Shown in pieces: positions 51,509 to 61,529 of a stretch of DNA of 64,000 nt. The position numbers were made by a program, and so were the translations under genes. Each line of letters starts with the position of its first letter. The first letter of the stretch is position 1. The stretch covers positions 195,397 through 259,396 of the forward strand of contig JBPCLP010000045.1 of NCBI GenBank assembly GCA_051003195.1, written 5' to 3'. The stretch comes from Candidatus Sumerlaeaceae bacterium. Lineage in GTDB: Bacteria > Sumerlaeota > Sumerlaeia > Sumerlaeales > Sumerlaeaceae. The notes under the pieces were generated by a model, which did no database searches, was not told where the DNA came from, and saw only the letters and a list, made by a program, of their open reading frames with translations.

Positions 51509-52942
51509 TTAGCAGTGAACCGACGGCACGTACCTGCGCGATTTTGAATCATATTCATAGAATTGTGTCGGGGGCATCCCGTTCCAACGATGACCTATCG
51601 CAACTGCAAGCGCCACGGGTCCAACGTAGAATAGGTCAATGGTTTTCGCACCTAGGCTCGCTGCGGTTTTGGAGATGGATTCTTTTAATTGTCTCACCAG
51701 AAGTTGAGCTTCTGTCGCATTTGTTACAGGCTCTGTGTAATGCAGAACTAGAATTCCGCTATTGTCGGGGTAACCTAAAAACTGCTGCACGTCGATTGTG
51801 GGTTCTTTAATTATCCCGACACTCACTACAAGGCGGGAATCCTCAAGAACTCTCGGTTCGGTAATATCCAAGTACTGCATTTTAGAGCCGACCGGTGAGT
51901 GTGAATCAGTACACCAGATATCGTCCTTAGCAGGTATCTCCAATTCGAATCCCGAGTTGGCACGAAAAGCCCAACCTGCGGCGAAGCCCGTTGATAGCCT
52001 AAATTGGCCAGTAATCTTTACACGCCTGTACCCCTGTAACGCTGTCCAGCGTGAAACTTTTAGCAATGGTTCAAGAAGTTGAAACTGCCACTCGTTCGTC
52101 TTCCGCGAGGTTAAATCTTCGCCTGAAAACGCGCGCGCATCGATTTCAACTGAGTTGCTTTTTGGCGCATTGCGGTCAGATCGGAGGTGCAGGCCAAGTG
52201 CGTTTGGCAAACGAAGCGTTTCGCCTTGTGCTTGTTCAATTGTTTGGATTAAGAGAGCGCGCGAAAGCATTTTGCCACGGTTCTGAGCTGCTAAATTGTA
52301 GAGGGCATCAAAGGTCTGTCTGACTGTAATTGGATTGAGATGCGGAAATATTTCGATCAACTTTGTTTGGAAGTGTGTTGCAGCTATGTCCCGACTGCAT
52401 ACTGTGAAGATTTCAATTGCGACTGAACGGGCCACGAAATCGCCCAACTGTTTACCAAATTCCTTAATGCAGTCGTTACGAACCTTCGCAATACTGTCCG
52501 GTAAGATGTGTGGAAACGGCTCATAAAACGGTCGTGCATTATCGACTCGTTGCGGGTCGCGCAGTAGCCACTTCATTAATGTTGGAAGAGCAAGTGTCAC
52601 AAGCCTTTGGGTGCGGGCAACTTCAGGGTAATATTTTTCAAAATTCAAGAAATCAGCGAAGATGTTATGCACATCTCGTTGATTAAGCTCGCCTGACTTC
52701 GCCTGAAATCTGTCTAAGAAATGTCCACTTGGCGTATGCGCAGCTAGGAACCGGGCCTCTATATCTTCAAAACCTTCGAATGTCACACCCTCAAATGAAT
52801 CATCTCGTATCCATGCAGGAATGCGGATTAAGCCATACCAAACCTGGTAATCGAAACCCTCTTGCGCAACAATGCCTCCCATACCTTTCGAATCGGTTAA
52901 CAAAGGCCTACTCGTCGGCCGACTTTTGCTGCGGGGGCTCAT
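51509..52942 (-). CDS. cap4: CBASS effector Cap4 (endonuclease + SAVED)
   Basis: GG..AQEGFDYQ, EG.EDI, FQAKS; C-terminal SAVED-like IDLFYVGP..LA..IG..WN...QFYEY....Y.P; ATGA overlap with cap3. Confidence 0.85.
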   Translation of the reverse strand: MSPRSKSRPTSRPLLTDSKGMGGIVAQEGFDYQVWYGLIRIPAWIRDDSFEGVTFEGFEDIEARFLAAHTPSGHFLDRFQAKSGELNQRDVHNIFADFLNFEKYYPEVARTQRLVTLALPTLMKWLLRDPQRVDNARPFYEPFPHILPDSIAKVRNDCIKEFGKQLGDFVARSVAIEIFTVCSRDIAATHFQTKLIEIFPHLNPITVRQTFDALYNLAAQNRGKMLSRALLIQTIEQAQGETLRLPNALGLHLRSDRNAPKSNSVEIDARAFSGEDLTSRKTNEWQFQLLEPLLKVSRWTALQGYRRVKITGQFRLSTGFAAGWAFRANSGFELEIPAKDDIWCTDSHSPVGSKMQYLDITEPRVLEDSRLVVSVGIIKEPTIDVQQFLGYPDNSGILVLHYTEPVTNATEAQLLVRQLKESISKTAASLGAKTIDLFYVGPVALAVAIGHRWNGMPPTQFYEYDSKSRRYVPSVHC

Positions 52943-53403
52943 TCCTGGATCTCCAATTCTATTGAAAGAAAGGTGCCGTTTCGTTCGAAGAGCCATGCTC
53001 GACAACCTAGTTCGTCGCCGGGCTCCGATTTGACGATCATTAGGACAGCAAAGGATCCTTTAAAGACGTCGTCCGACACCAGCGAACGCATAGTGGCAAT
53101 GTCTGTTCTACTTGGCGAAAGTGCAAAACTAGGATGGCTGTGCCATTCTCCGATGTAATTAAACTGCATATATTTGTGGGACGTTCGATCAAAAAACCTC
53201 ATTGCATCACGAGTTGCCTGAACAAGATCGACCATAAATCGAGCGAAAGTGCCTTGTCGCCTTTGAAACGTAAGCTCGACCACCTGAAAATCTGATGGCG
53301 CTAATTGCTCGCCATAGATCTGCCCCCCAATTTCCCTCCTGCCGCCACGTTCCAAAGCTGCACGCAACAGCTGCACCGTTTCAGCTGGAATTTTTAGACG
53401 CAT
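52939..53403 (-). CDS. cap3: CBASS Cap3 JAB/MPN isopeptidase
   Basis: EIGG, YIGEWHSHPSF...PS.TD. Confidence 0.9.
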   Translation of the reverse strand: MRLKIPAETVQLLRAALERGGRREIGGQIYGEQLAPSDFQVVELTFQRRQGTFARFMVDLVQATRDAMRFFDRTSHKYMQFNYIGEWHSHPSFALSPSRTDIATMRSLVSDDVFKGSFAVLMIVKSEPGDELGCRAWLFERNGTFLSIELEIQE

Positions 53404-55072
53404 TAACGGCCTGATCAGCAAGATTCAGCGCGAAAGCTCGAATTTCTGCGTGTTGAGCGTCCTCCATTTCCGGAGGCACTGTTGGTGGGCCAACATCTAA
53501 CATGATGTTATGTCCATGTTGCTGGAAGAGCCAACCTTTTCGAAAACCGAACAGCAGCCACGCGGGATCTTCTGGAGCCACTTTATGGTCCAGAACGTCG
53601 ATTACAACGCGAGCACAATGTGCAGCTGCTGCTGAGACAGAAGCATCATCCGCTACCACAGGAGTGCCGTCATCGAGTATTGACTCATATTGCTTTTCAC
53701 CCGGTCGGGGTGGCTGAACATTCTGTTGCTCGCAATAAGCAAGGTAACACTGCCGACTAAAAGCATATGGTGGATCTCGTTCGGGTAGCGAGCGCGCTAC
53801 AACCGCTCCCAGGCCTCCTTCGTAAACCTCGGCTGACACAAATGGTGTTCTATTCTCTGCGGCAATTGCCCCCAAAAAAAGGTTCACAGCAGTGTCGCCG
53901 GTCGCGCCGACGAGCACGTCACAGTCAGCAATGTTATTTACATGATCTGCATGCACTCGCGCTGAGCGCTGCCAATTGAGATTGTCCACAATGACTTCAA
54001 TTTCCGCGTTGGGCGCAATTTCGAGGAACCTGCGTTTAAGGGCATGAACCTTTTCGTACCCGACATCTCGCCAGTCCAGGACATGCCGCTCTAAATTTCC
54101 TGGCAGAAAAATATCGCCATCGACCAAAAGAAGCCGTCGCACACCCGAGCGTACCAGTGACTCGGCTACCTTAGAACCAATCGAACCTAAACCTATAACA
54201 GCCACTGATTTCAACACCGTACCAGGATCTCTCCCTGACCGAGCCCCTGCATTGTTGCTGATCTGAACCAGCTTTCGCTGGTAGCAATTTCCGTCCTCCC
54301 AACAATGGTAGGCTCGGACGCAATTTGCTTCTAGTTGAAGAACCATGATGGGTTCCGTACTCGTACTGGCTTCCTCTTGTAGTCCCAAAGCTGAGAGGAT
54401 GCCAGCGCGATTTGCGAGAGAGGCTTGATCCACTTCCCCATGGCCGACAACTACTGCAAGGCTACGCCGGCTGCAAAGATGAACTGCGGCCGGCGGTTGC
54501 GTTTGACCCGCCCGGTCAATTTCATCGGTAATGAGAATTGGCACGACACGACCGTCAAATTCCCATCGCAGAGCCTCGAGATTGTTTGCTTCGCGATTCA
54601 GAAGCCGCGCGTAGCATTGATCACTTATTAATACCGGCAATTCTTCCGTTGCATAAGACTGAATAGTGCCAACCCGATGCGCCGACTCAACTTCACCACG
54701 TGTATTCCCGAGTGGATTCTCGGTGCTCAGTAGTGCAAAAGCGCTACGCAGAACGTCCGCTCCAGTATATATTGAGCTCCAGTTGTCAGATCGCAATTCC
54801 AAGCACAGCGAGCCACTTGGACCGTACTGATGTAAGCTCCAACGCGTTTCGGAATTTACGGGTTCTACCCAGGCGGGTACGTATGGAAAATGGTCTGGGT
54901 AAACTAATCGTACTTCATATGCTATACCATCAATTACAATGGTTCCGAGGACCGCTAAGTTACCATCGGATACTATCCATTCTATAAAGGTGAACCACTC
55001 CTCCCTCGCAAGAGATTCGATACAATCCTTCTCGCGTTGGAGGCGGTTCCAATCGTTCAGCCACCAAAGCAC
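53381..55072 (-). CDS. cap2: CBASS Cap2 (E2-E1 fusion)
   Basis: E2: YP..FP..P, HQYG..G.LCLE; E1/ThiF: IGLGSIGS, LVDGD....NL.RH. Confidence 0.9.
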   Translation of the reverse strand: MLWWLNDWNRLQREKDCIESLAREEWFTFIEWIVSDGNLAVLGTIVIDGIAYEVRLVYPDHFPYVPAWVEPVNSETRWSLHQYGPSGSLCLELRSDNWSSIYTGADVLRSAFALLSTENPLGNTRGEVESAHRVGTIQSYATEELPVLISDQCYARLLNREANNLEALRWEFDGRVVPILITDEIDRAGQTQPPAAVHLCSRRSLAVVVGHGEVDQASLANRAGILSALGLQEEASTSTEPIMVLQLEANCVRAYHCWEDGNCYQRKLVQISNNAGARSGRDPGTVLKSVAVIGLGSIGSKVAESLVRSGVRRLLLVDGDIFLPGNLERHVLDWRDVGYEKVHALKRRFLEIAPNAEIEVIVDNLNWQRSARVHADHVNNIADCDVLVGATGDTAVNLFLGAIAAENRTPFVSAEVYEGGLGAVVARSLPERDPPYAFSRQCYLAYCEQQNVQPPRPGEKQYESILDDGTPVVADDASVSAAAAHCARVVIDVLDHKVAPEDPAWLLFGFRKGWLFQQHGHNIMLDVGPPTVPPEMEDAQHAEIRAFALNLADQAVNASKNSS

Positions 55073-56070
55073 TATGCGAAGCCACGGGGCCTGTTTGCAG
55101 GAGTAGCGGAGATATTCGGAAATGTATAGCCCACGCTGGGAGGTGCCATGGCAGCGGTAGCCAGACTGGAAGCTTTCACTATCGATGCACTCGTCTTAAA
55201 TCGATCGCCAAATAGCTTCCGCCAAAGACGTGTAGCCTCCGTCATGTCATCTGTCGTTTGAGCCTGCCGAGCATAACCTGCGTGTACGCGCACCCGTTCA
55301 ATAAAGTTTTTCCAATCAGTAATTGAGACCTTTGACAGAATATCACTGCCGGGTAGTGCGGGATCTTCAATGAATGGTTTCCTGCCTGCGTTCGCCAAAC
55401 TACCGTAAGCGTCACGAATATTTTCCAGCATCTTCGCGAACGCCTCACCGTAATGGGACTCGTTCTTTGGCGCATGGAGCGCCACGAGCACTTCGAGCAT
55501 GAAACCTTTCGGCCGTTTCCCGGTTTTGTTCTCGCGCCTCCACCATTTGAAAAGTTTTACCAGCGGTTTGAAGCGGCATGCAAACAGCTCGTTCTGTTTG
55601 CAACTCCAGTTTATGTGTCCTGGTGGATCGGTAGTCTTCCATCTCCCCAAATCGCGATCAGGAAGCTGATAGGCACCACCCCATTCGGTGACCGGCACCA
55701 CATCGATCTCTGCGCCGGATGTTTTCAGTCGTACTGAGCGTTTATTAATGCGCTCGACTTGAAATTCGTCACTTAGAGCGTCCGCCAGATCCTGTAATAC
55801 ATCATCAGGATCATCAGACGTATCATAGTTGGTGACAACAATGATGTCTACGTCGGGCCGTTCAATCCCGTCTTCAGATTTCTTTGGACGTATCGACGTA
55901 TCACGTGCGTAGCTGCCAGCCAGAAAATCGCGCTTCCAGCGGCGCTCGAAATCATCATGAGATTCTAAATGCTTGCGAACATCCCGGTGTGCTTTTGATG
56001 CCGAGGAAACAGTTGTTGGGCTCGGCTCAATGTCGGCTAGCAGCTCACTGAAGCGGGTGTTCGGTACCAT
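55072..56070 (-). CDS. CBASS CD-NTase (cGAS/DncV-like)
   Basis: GSYAR.TSI, DVDI, RSV, DVVP, FKPLVKL.KWWR, DP; C-terminal PRGFA tail typical of Cap2-conjugated CD-NTases. Confidence 0.92.
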   Translation of the reverse strand: MVPNTRFSELLADIEPSPTTVSSASKAHRDVRKHLESHDDFERRWKRDFLAGSYARDTSIRPKKSEDGIERPDVDIIVVTNYDTSDDPDDVLQDLADALSDEFQVERINKRSVRLKTSGAEIDVVPVTEWGGAYQLPDRDLGRWKTTDPPGHINWSCKQNELFACRFKPLVKLFKWWRRENKTGKRPKGFMLEVLVALHAPKNESHYGEAFAKMLENIRDAYGSLANAGRKPFIEDPALPGSDILSKVSITDWKNFIERVRVHAGYARQAQTTDDMTEATRLWRKLFGDRFKTSASIVKASSLATAAMAPPSVGYTFPNISATPANRPRGFA

Positions 56071-56532
56071 ATTTGCCTCTCTCAGATTTCTTGTGCACTG
56101 GAGAAGAGCTTGGATCGCCGGTCTGCGATTCAGTTAGAGAGGGCTTATGCTTCGCACCTAACGAGCTGCGGGGCTGTCGCACTTTCAACTTGACCGGTGA
56201 AAATAACAGGAACCAAGTGCGCTGCAGTGCTACTTTAATACATGTGCATTGTGTTTACTGCGAACGCTGCGCCAGTTATCCACAGGGTCTCGGCATTCCA
56301 TGTAAATTCAATGTCTTGAACTATCGGAGAATTTGATCGTTACGGGACCGGAAAGCAGTTTTCCCACAATCCGAGTCAAATTGACTCAGGTGGAACTGTT
56401 ACCTTAAACCGATGGCTCCTCTAGCACGCGACTGCAACAGAAAGTCGTTAAAATCCGTGTCAAAGAAGTGCGAACGAAGCTAGTGACCAGCTTAGGCATT
56501 GCAATATACGCCGACATCAGTAGTCCACCACA

Positions 56533-57196
56533 ATGCGCCTCTTTACCACCCTCTACCTCCTCACTCTCACCCCCTCGGCCTTTGCAGCGCTGGCGCCGCC
56601 GACCGACATCCGTGATTGCACGAGCAGCGCGACGGCGGTTCGGCAGCTCACGGACGTCAGTGGAGCGCGGGGAATAACGCGGACCTGGGCGCGACGCTTC
56701 TGCAGGTTGGGCTGAGCGCGCGTCGGCTTCGACGCGGCACGGCAGCCCACATCACGTTCACGCCGTCGGGCGTGTCGTATGAGCAGAAGCACGATCGCGG
56801 GCGGATCATCCGGTCGGCGCAACAGCTTGGCACGACGTGCACAGTTACGGTATCGAGCTGTTCGAGTCAGCAACCCGTTACGCAGGCGATTGCGGACGCT
56901 GTGTGTGATGCGCTGGTGAACGCCGGGATCAAAAAGGCGTTCTCGCAACCGGAGTCGCAAACCGACCAACTGCTGACGTTCTACAACGATGCCAGGCGGC
57001 CGACGTCAGTACACGCGTTCCGGTGGCGCTGATGAAACGCACAAAGGTTGCAATGCAGGGCGCGACGGAGAGTGAGGTCCGGGAAGCGCTGGGTGAGCCT
57101 GGTAGTAAATCGGGAGCGGCTGGAGGCGAGACGTGGACGTACGGGGAGAAAATGGTTAGCTTTAGGAACGGGCTGGTGGTGACACCCGGGCCGTGA
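56533..57196 (+). pseudogene. Secreted protein with a SmpA/BamE-like tail, two frameshifts
   Basis: Signal peptide MRLFTTLYLL..AFA; continues in ORF 56616..57032, then GATESEVREALGEP...ETWTY...VSF.NG.V in another frame. Confidence 0.55.
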
Positions 57197-57641
57197 TGAA
57201 ATCCCTGGGCGAGATACCGGCGGAATCGAAGCCGCGCGAGCGGCTGCACGTTTGTTTTAGAGTCTCCTCATGTGGTGCTTATCGCCATTGTCGAAAACGG
57301 ATTCGCCTTCTCAGCTATTGTTCCGGTGCTGATAAGACCGGAGGAACTGGTATTGGAGTACCAGAATGGATAGGGACGAAACCTTAGGCGACTGGCGGGT
57401 ACCCTGTCGTCAGAAGCCAGGCATGAGAACACACCACACGAAACGATTTCGTTGCGGCAATCGACTCACTCCCATTAGAGCGGGAAAACTGAACTGTATC
57501 GGTTTTGTACGACGCGGGCTTTACGGCGGGCCCAAGTCTAGCTGCGGTATTGGGAGCTTCCTCCCTGGCTGTGCTACTTGAAATGCAAGTGGCGTCCCGA
57601 GCGTGATAGATTTTCGACTAATCCATGTGTTTGTGGACATT

Positions 57642-57679
57642 TTTCGACATCCGGGGATGAATTTCGACATCCGGGGATG
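57642..57679. repeat. Tandem 18-bp direct repeat (period 20)
   Basis: TTTCGACATCCGGGGATG at 57642 and 57662. Confidence 0.85.
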
Positions 57680-57761
57680 TGATAGTAAGACTTTGTCAGA
57701 CTATTGAAATGAAGTTTGAAAAATCTGCCGCTGTCAACTACTGCCATCGCCGGTTCAGCAA

Positions 57762-58460
57762 TTACTGAATCGGGAGTGTTATGACATTGTTGAACTCGTT
57801 CTGCTCTGAGACCTGACTTCCAGAGTCTGCAATGGCTAGCAGAGATTTTCCGCCAGCAGTAAGGCCGATCGGTAGCGAGATGTTCAAGTTTTTACGTTTA
57901 ACCGCTCCCATTTTCAGGCTTTTTACGTTCCAACTTTTTAGGGGAATGTCGTCGGGACTTATCACAGCATCGTCGGAAAGGTAGAAGACCACGACAGAAA
58001 GTCCGGCATTTTGGAGGCCGTTGTTCGTAAGAGAAAGTTCGGTCTTGAACTTACAGCGTAAACCTTGTCGTGTCGTCTTGCATTGCGATAGGCTTGCTTG
58101 GATTAGTTGACCCGCAAGTTCAGGCAGGTTTGCCAAGTCCACGTGTACTACCTTTGATCCAATATTGTTTGCCTGCACATTGTCAATGAACGGCGAGCTA
58201 ACGGTCGCCAGAAACTGAGGATCGGCTGGGCCGGCAAACATCACCGAGAATTGAAGTTGAACCGAGGCTCCATTTACTAGTTGTGGAATCTGACACGATA
58301 CAGACCCAACATGAACGGTTGCGGAATGAACTGAATTGGCGGATAGCACCGTTGCGCCGTCAGGAATGCTTACATTCAGCACAACATTTTGCACCGAATC
58401 GGGCCCATTGTTTTCAACGGTCGCATTGAATTCGGTTGGCTGGTTTGTGAACGCGGTGCC
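57762..58460 (-). pseudogene. C-terminal fragment of a DUF11/CARDB Ig-like surface protein
   Basis: VENNGP...NVV....P, DN...NN, FYLS.D, AD....V.E.NE.NN; no start or signal peptide. Confidence 0.65.
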
Positions 58461-58612
58461 TGTACAGGCCCGCCAGTCACGCCGGGAGTGACAGTTTCTC
58501 GGTGCTCATTTGTTAGATCCTTCTTGAGGTCCCACTTGTCGACGCTATGTTAAAGGCTAGCAAAGTTTAGCTTCGCCAGCTCGTGGCTGGCGCACTTGAG
58601 GAAAACCCCGCT

Positions 58613-59908
58613 ATGAAGTCAGAGCTGACGTACCGTGATAACGGAACAGCGTTGAATCAGCTTCGTCAATCGCTCCGTCGCGAACAATATGTGCTGGTGA
58701 TTGGAGCGGGAATCAGCTCCAGCGAAGGTTATCCCAGCTGGGGTCAGCTTCTCGAGCGCCTCAGTTCCCTGTCGCCCGGGGCTGGAGGCATTATGCCTGG
58801 CGAAAACCAAGACGCTCCCTGGCTCGCGGAACGCCTTGCCGGCTCAGCCAGTCTCCAAAGAAAGTACCTCGACCTTCTGAATACCACTTTTTCGCCAAAA
58901 AGAAGGCGCAACAGTAGTGCGCTTTCTTGCTCCGTGGCCAGGCTAAAAATTAGTCACGTCCTGACGACAAATTACGACACTTCTCTCGAGCAGGCATACC
59001 GCCGCACCGGCAAGCAATCCATATCCTGCAGCTGGGAAGAGGAGGAGGAGCTCCGTGATTTTTTCGAAAGTCTGGCTCGAATCAAGCAGCAAAAGGTTCG
59101 GATCCTTCACGTACATGGCCATTACCAACGGCCTGGATCGATCGTCTTGCGGGAGTCCGATTACGTCCGACGCTACATTGCAAGCAGCGACGCGCCCAGA
59201 AAGCTTTATTCTCTGTTTCTTACGCGACGGGTACTATTCGTCGGTTTTTCACTGACCGACCCGGATCTTATGGCAATTGTACGCGAGTCAAAAGCTGCTT
59301 TCGCGAGCGTACGAAATGATGCACGCCATTTTGCAATCATTCATCTTCCGGTTGAAAAACTCGTTGAAGAAAAGTTGCTGCGCCAACGTTACATTGGAAA
59401 GTATGGCGTAAATCCGATCTTTTACACCTCGCCCAAAGGCAACCACGACGAGCTTTTGCAGCTACTGAACTTCCTCCGTAGTACGCGCTCACAGCCTTCC
59501 ATGCTGCAATTACTTCAAAGAGGCACCCCACCACCAGTTTCTTCCGAAATCGACCCTGACGACCCGCAGAAGAACCGCTGGGGAAGTGCGTCGCGGAACA
59601 AATTCCGCGAGATCACTGCAAACGTCCGCGAAATTTCGGAGGACTGGTACGGTATCGATCTCCGGTATAAAAGATTAAGTGGCCGACGAATCGGTCGAGT
59701 TGTCGAATTCCACCTTCATCCGACGTTCAGTCCCGATGTGGAATTGGGCGTCGTGAGCCCGGATGGAAATGAGGCTAAGTTGCAGCTCAAGGCCTACGGA
59801 TCGTTTACTGTCGGCGTAAGAGAACCCGCACCAACTGGCCAGGCCGAGCACATTCTAGAACTTGATCTCTCCACATTACCGGTCGACGGTAAATTCTATA
59901 AGTGGTAA
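58613..59908 (+). CDS. SIR2-domain protein fused to a prokaryotic YEATS-like domain
   Basis: GAGIS..GYPSW, TTNYD, HVHG, LFVGFSL.DPD; C-terminal DPQK..WG, F.LHPTF, AYGSFTVG, LELDL. Confidence 0.8.
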   Translation: MKSELTYRDNGTALNQLRQSLRREQYVLVIGAGISSSEGYPSWGQLLERLSSLSPGAGGIMPGENQDAPWLAERLAGSASLQRKYLDLLNTTFSPKRRRNSSALSCSVARLKISHVLTTNYDTSLEQAYRRTGKQSISCSWEEEEELRDFFESLARIKQQKVRILHVHGHYQRPGSIVLRESDYVRRYIASSDAPRKLYSLFLTRRVLFVGFSLTDPDLMAIVRESKAAFASVRNDARHFAIIHLPVEKLVEEKLLRQRYIGKYGVNPIFYTSPKGNHDELLQLLNFLRSTRSQPSMLQLLQRGTPPPVSSEIDPDDPQKNRWGSASRNKFREITANVREISEDWYGIDLRYKRLSGRRIGRVVEFHLHPTFSPDVELGVVSPDGNEAKLQLKAYGSFTVGVREPAPTGQAEHILELDLSTLPVDGKFYKW

Positions 59909-60100
59909 GAGTCCCTTCCGGTCACAGGGGACAATTTCATTATCTGATATCTGGTGCTCAATCTTCTAACCCCTCGTGGTGGTCAGTCGCAACTAGGAGA
60001 TCATGAACGCGCGAGAAAAAGCTCCCGCGGCACAGCGCTAGAATTCCAATGAGGTCGCGGCGCAACTAGCGGGAACAAAATCCAGTTTCAATCGAGCGTA

Positions 60101-60790
60101 TCATGGCATCGTCTCGGTGGCAAGCCACGCGAGATTCCTCATCGTGATCTGCGGGTGGAGCTCGAAATCGAGGCGGCTGGTCAAGTCGCGTGCCGTATGT
60201 TCATGCGCATAGGCGCTATCGGCACCCTCGATCGTCAGCACTGCCGGGATGCCCGCGTTGAGGAAGGGCACATGGTCGCTCGCATAGGGGCTGAGCGAGA
60301 CTTGCGTCTCGAGGTTGGTGTAGGTGGCGGCGGCGCTGGCGAGTTGATCGATCACTTCCTGCGAGAGCGGCGCACCTTCGAGGCAGAACGCTTGGCGCTG
60401 GGGTATTCATGCTGCCTGCCATGTCAATATTGACGACGCCTGCGATACGAGCGCGATCCTTTGGCGACAGATTATTTACAAAATACAGACTGCCGAGCAG
60501 CCCCTGTTCTTCGCCACCGAAGAGCAGGAACGCAACATCATGCGCGAGTTCGGGCGCACGCGCCAGGGCGGTCGCAACCTGCATCACGGTTACGGAGCCG
60601 GTCGCATTATCGTCGGCACCGGGCGCGCGCGATCCGTCGCCATCCTCATGGTTCACTGAGTCAAGATGTGCTCCAATTACAAAGAGACGCGGCTCGCTAG
60701 CAGTTCCGCGGCGGTAGCCGACAAGATTACAGGAGCTGCCTCTGGAGCTGCCTCCAGGCATAGTAAATACCTGACGGGACACTACGCACC
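60101..60790 (-). pseudogene. M28 peptidase C-terminal fragment, frameshifted near 60385
   Basis: GAHLDS, PGADDNATG, GEEQGLLGS, NIDM in one frame; SDHVPF, H...D in another. Confidence 0.8.
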
Positions 60791-60887
60791 GAGCAGCCGT
60801 CAATATCGGCTTGCACAGATTGAGCGCTTCTCTAAATCCAGGAAGGTTCGACTGCCGTGTATGAATGGCCGCAAGCGCAACACTAAG

Positions 60888-61325
60888 GAGACGAACAGGG
60901 CCTACTGCAGCACCATTGGCGACGACTCCCAAGCATCTTGGGCTGACCCGCCCGACTGGCAGAAGAACAGCGCCATAGAGGGCGTGAAGTTCCACCTCGC
61001 GAACCCTCAGTCCTCGGCGAGCGCGAGTCACGACTCCTGGCTCAAGGTCAAGGAGGCGGACCGATGGAGGTACGGTCCGCTGAAGGACGCCGACAAGAAG
61101 GAGCACCCCTGCTAAGTCCCCTACGAGCAGCTCCCCGTCGAGCAGCGGCTGAAGGACTACTTGTTCAAGGCCGTCGTGCATGCGTACGGCCAGGCCGAGA
61201 GCTACACGAGCAACCATCAGCTCCCGAGCAACTACTGCGCTAAGATCAACGGCACGAACACCTTTATCCGCGTCGATGGCACCGCCCTTGAGTTAAAGGA
61301 CGGCATTGTCGTCAAGATTAGGTAA
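60888..61325 (+). pseudogene. Phage-type RyR-domain gene remnant with an internal TAA at 61113
   Basis: NRAYC..IGD.SQ..W...P.WQ..SA..GV...H..W...K....W.YG..KD..KKEHPC*VPYEQLP.EQ..KD.LF. Confidence 0.75.
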
Positions 61326-61529
61326 ATGATGATCCAGGAATTTAGGCGTCGCCTGAACGAGATCAAGGGTGGCTTCAGGGAGAACGTCACGGGCTTGGAG
61401 AAGGCCTACGAAGAGCGCCTCGACGAGATCGATGCCCTGCGAGCTCAGCGTCGCGACCTGATCGTCCTCTTCGTCGCCCTCGTCGGTGTCGTAGCGTTCA
61501 TCATTCTGGCGAAGGCTCTATGCCCGTGA
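61326..61529 (+). CDS. Small coiled-coil protein with a C-terminal TM
   Basis: Directly follows the RyR remnant; 67 aa with a hydrophobic tail. Confidence 0.5.
   Translation: MMIQEFRRRLNEIKGGFRENVTGLEKAYEERLDEIDALRAQRRDLIVLFVALVGVVAFIILAKALCP

Noticed and set aside
61113..61115. Stop-codon recoding (alternative genetic code) explaining in-frame stops
   Set aside because: The internal stops differ (TAA here, TAG at 32030) and intact genes end at all three stop codons; pseudogenisation is simpler.
60216..61217. 333-aa ORF as an intact peptidase
   Set aside because: Its N-terminal third is the antisense of the RyR remnant and the true C-terminus is in another frame.
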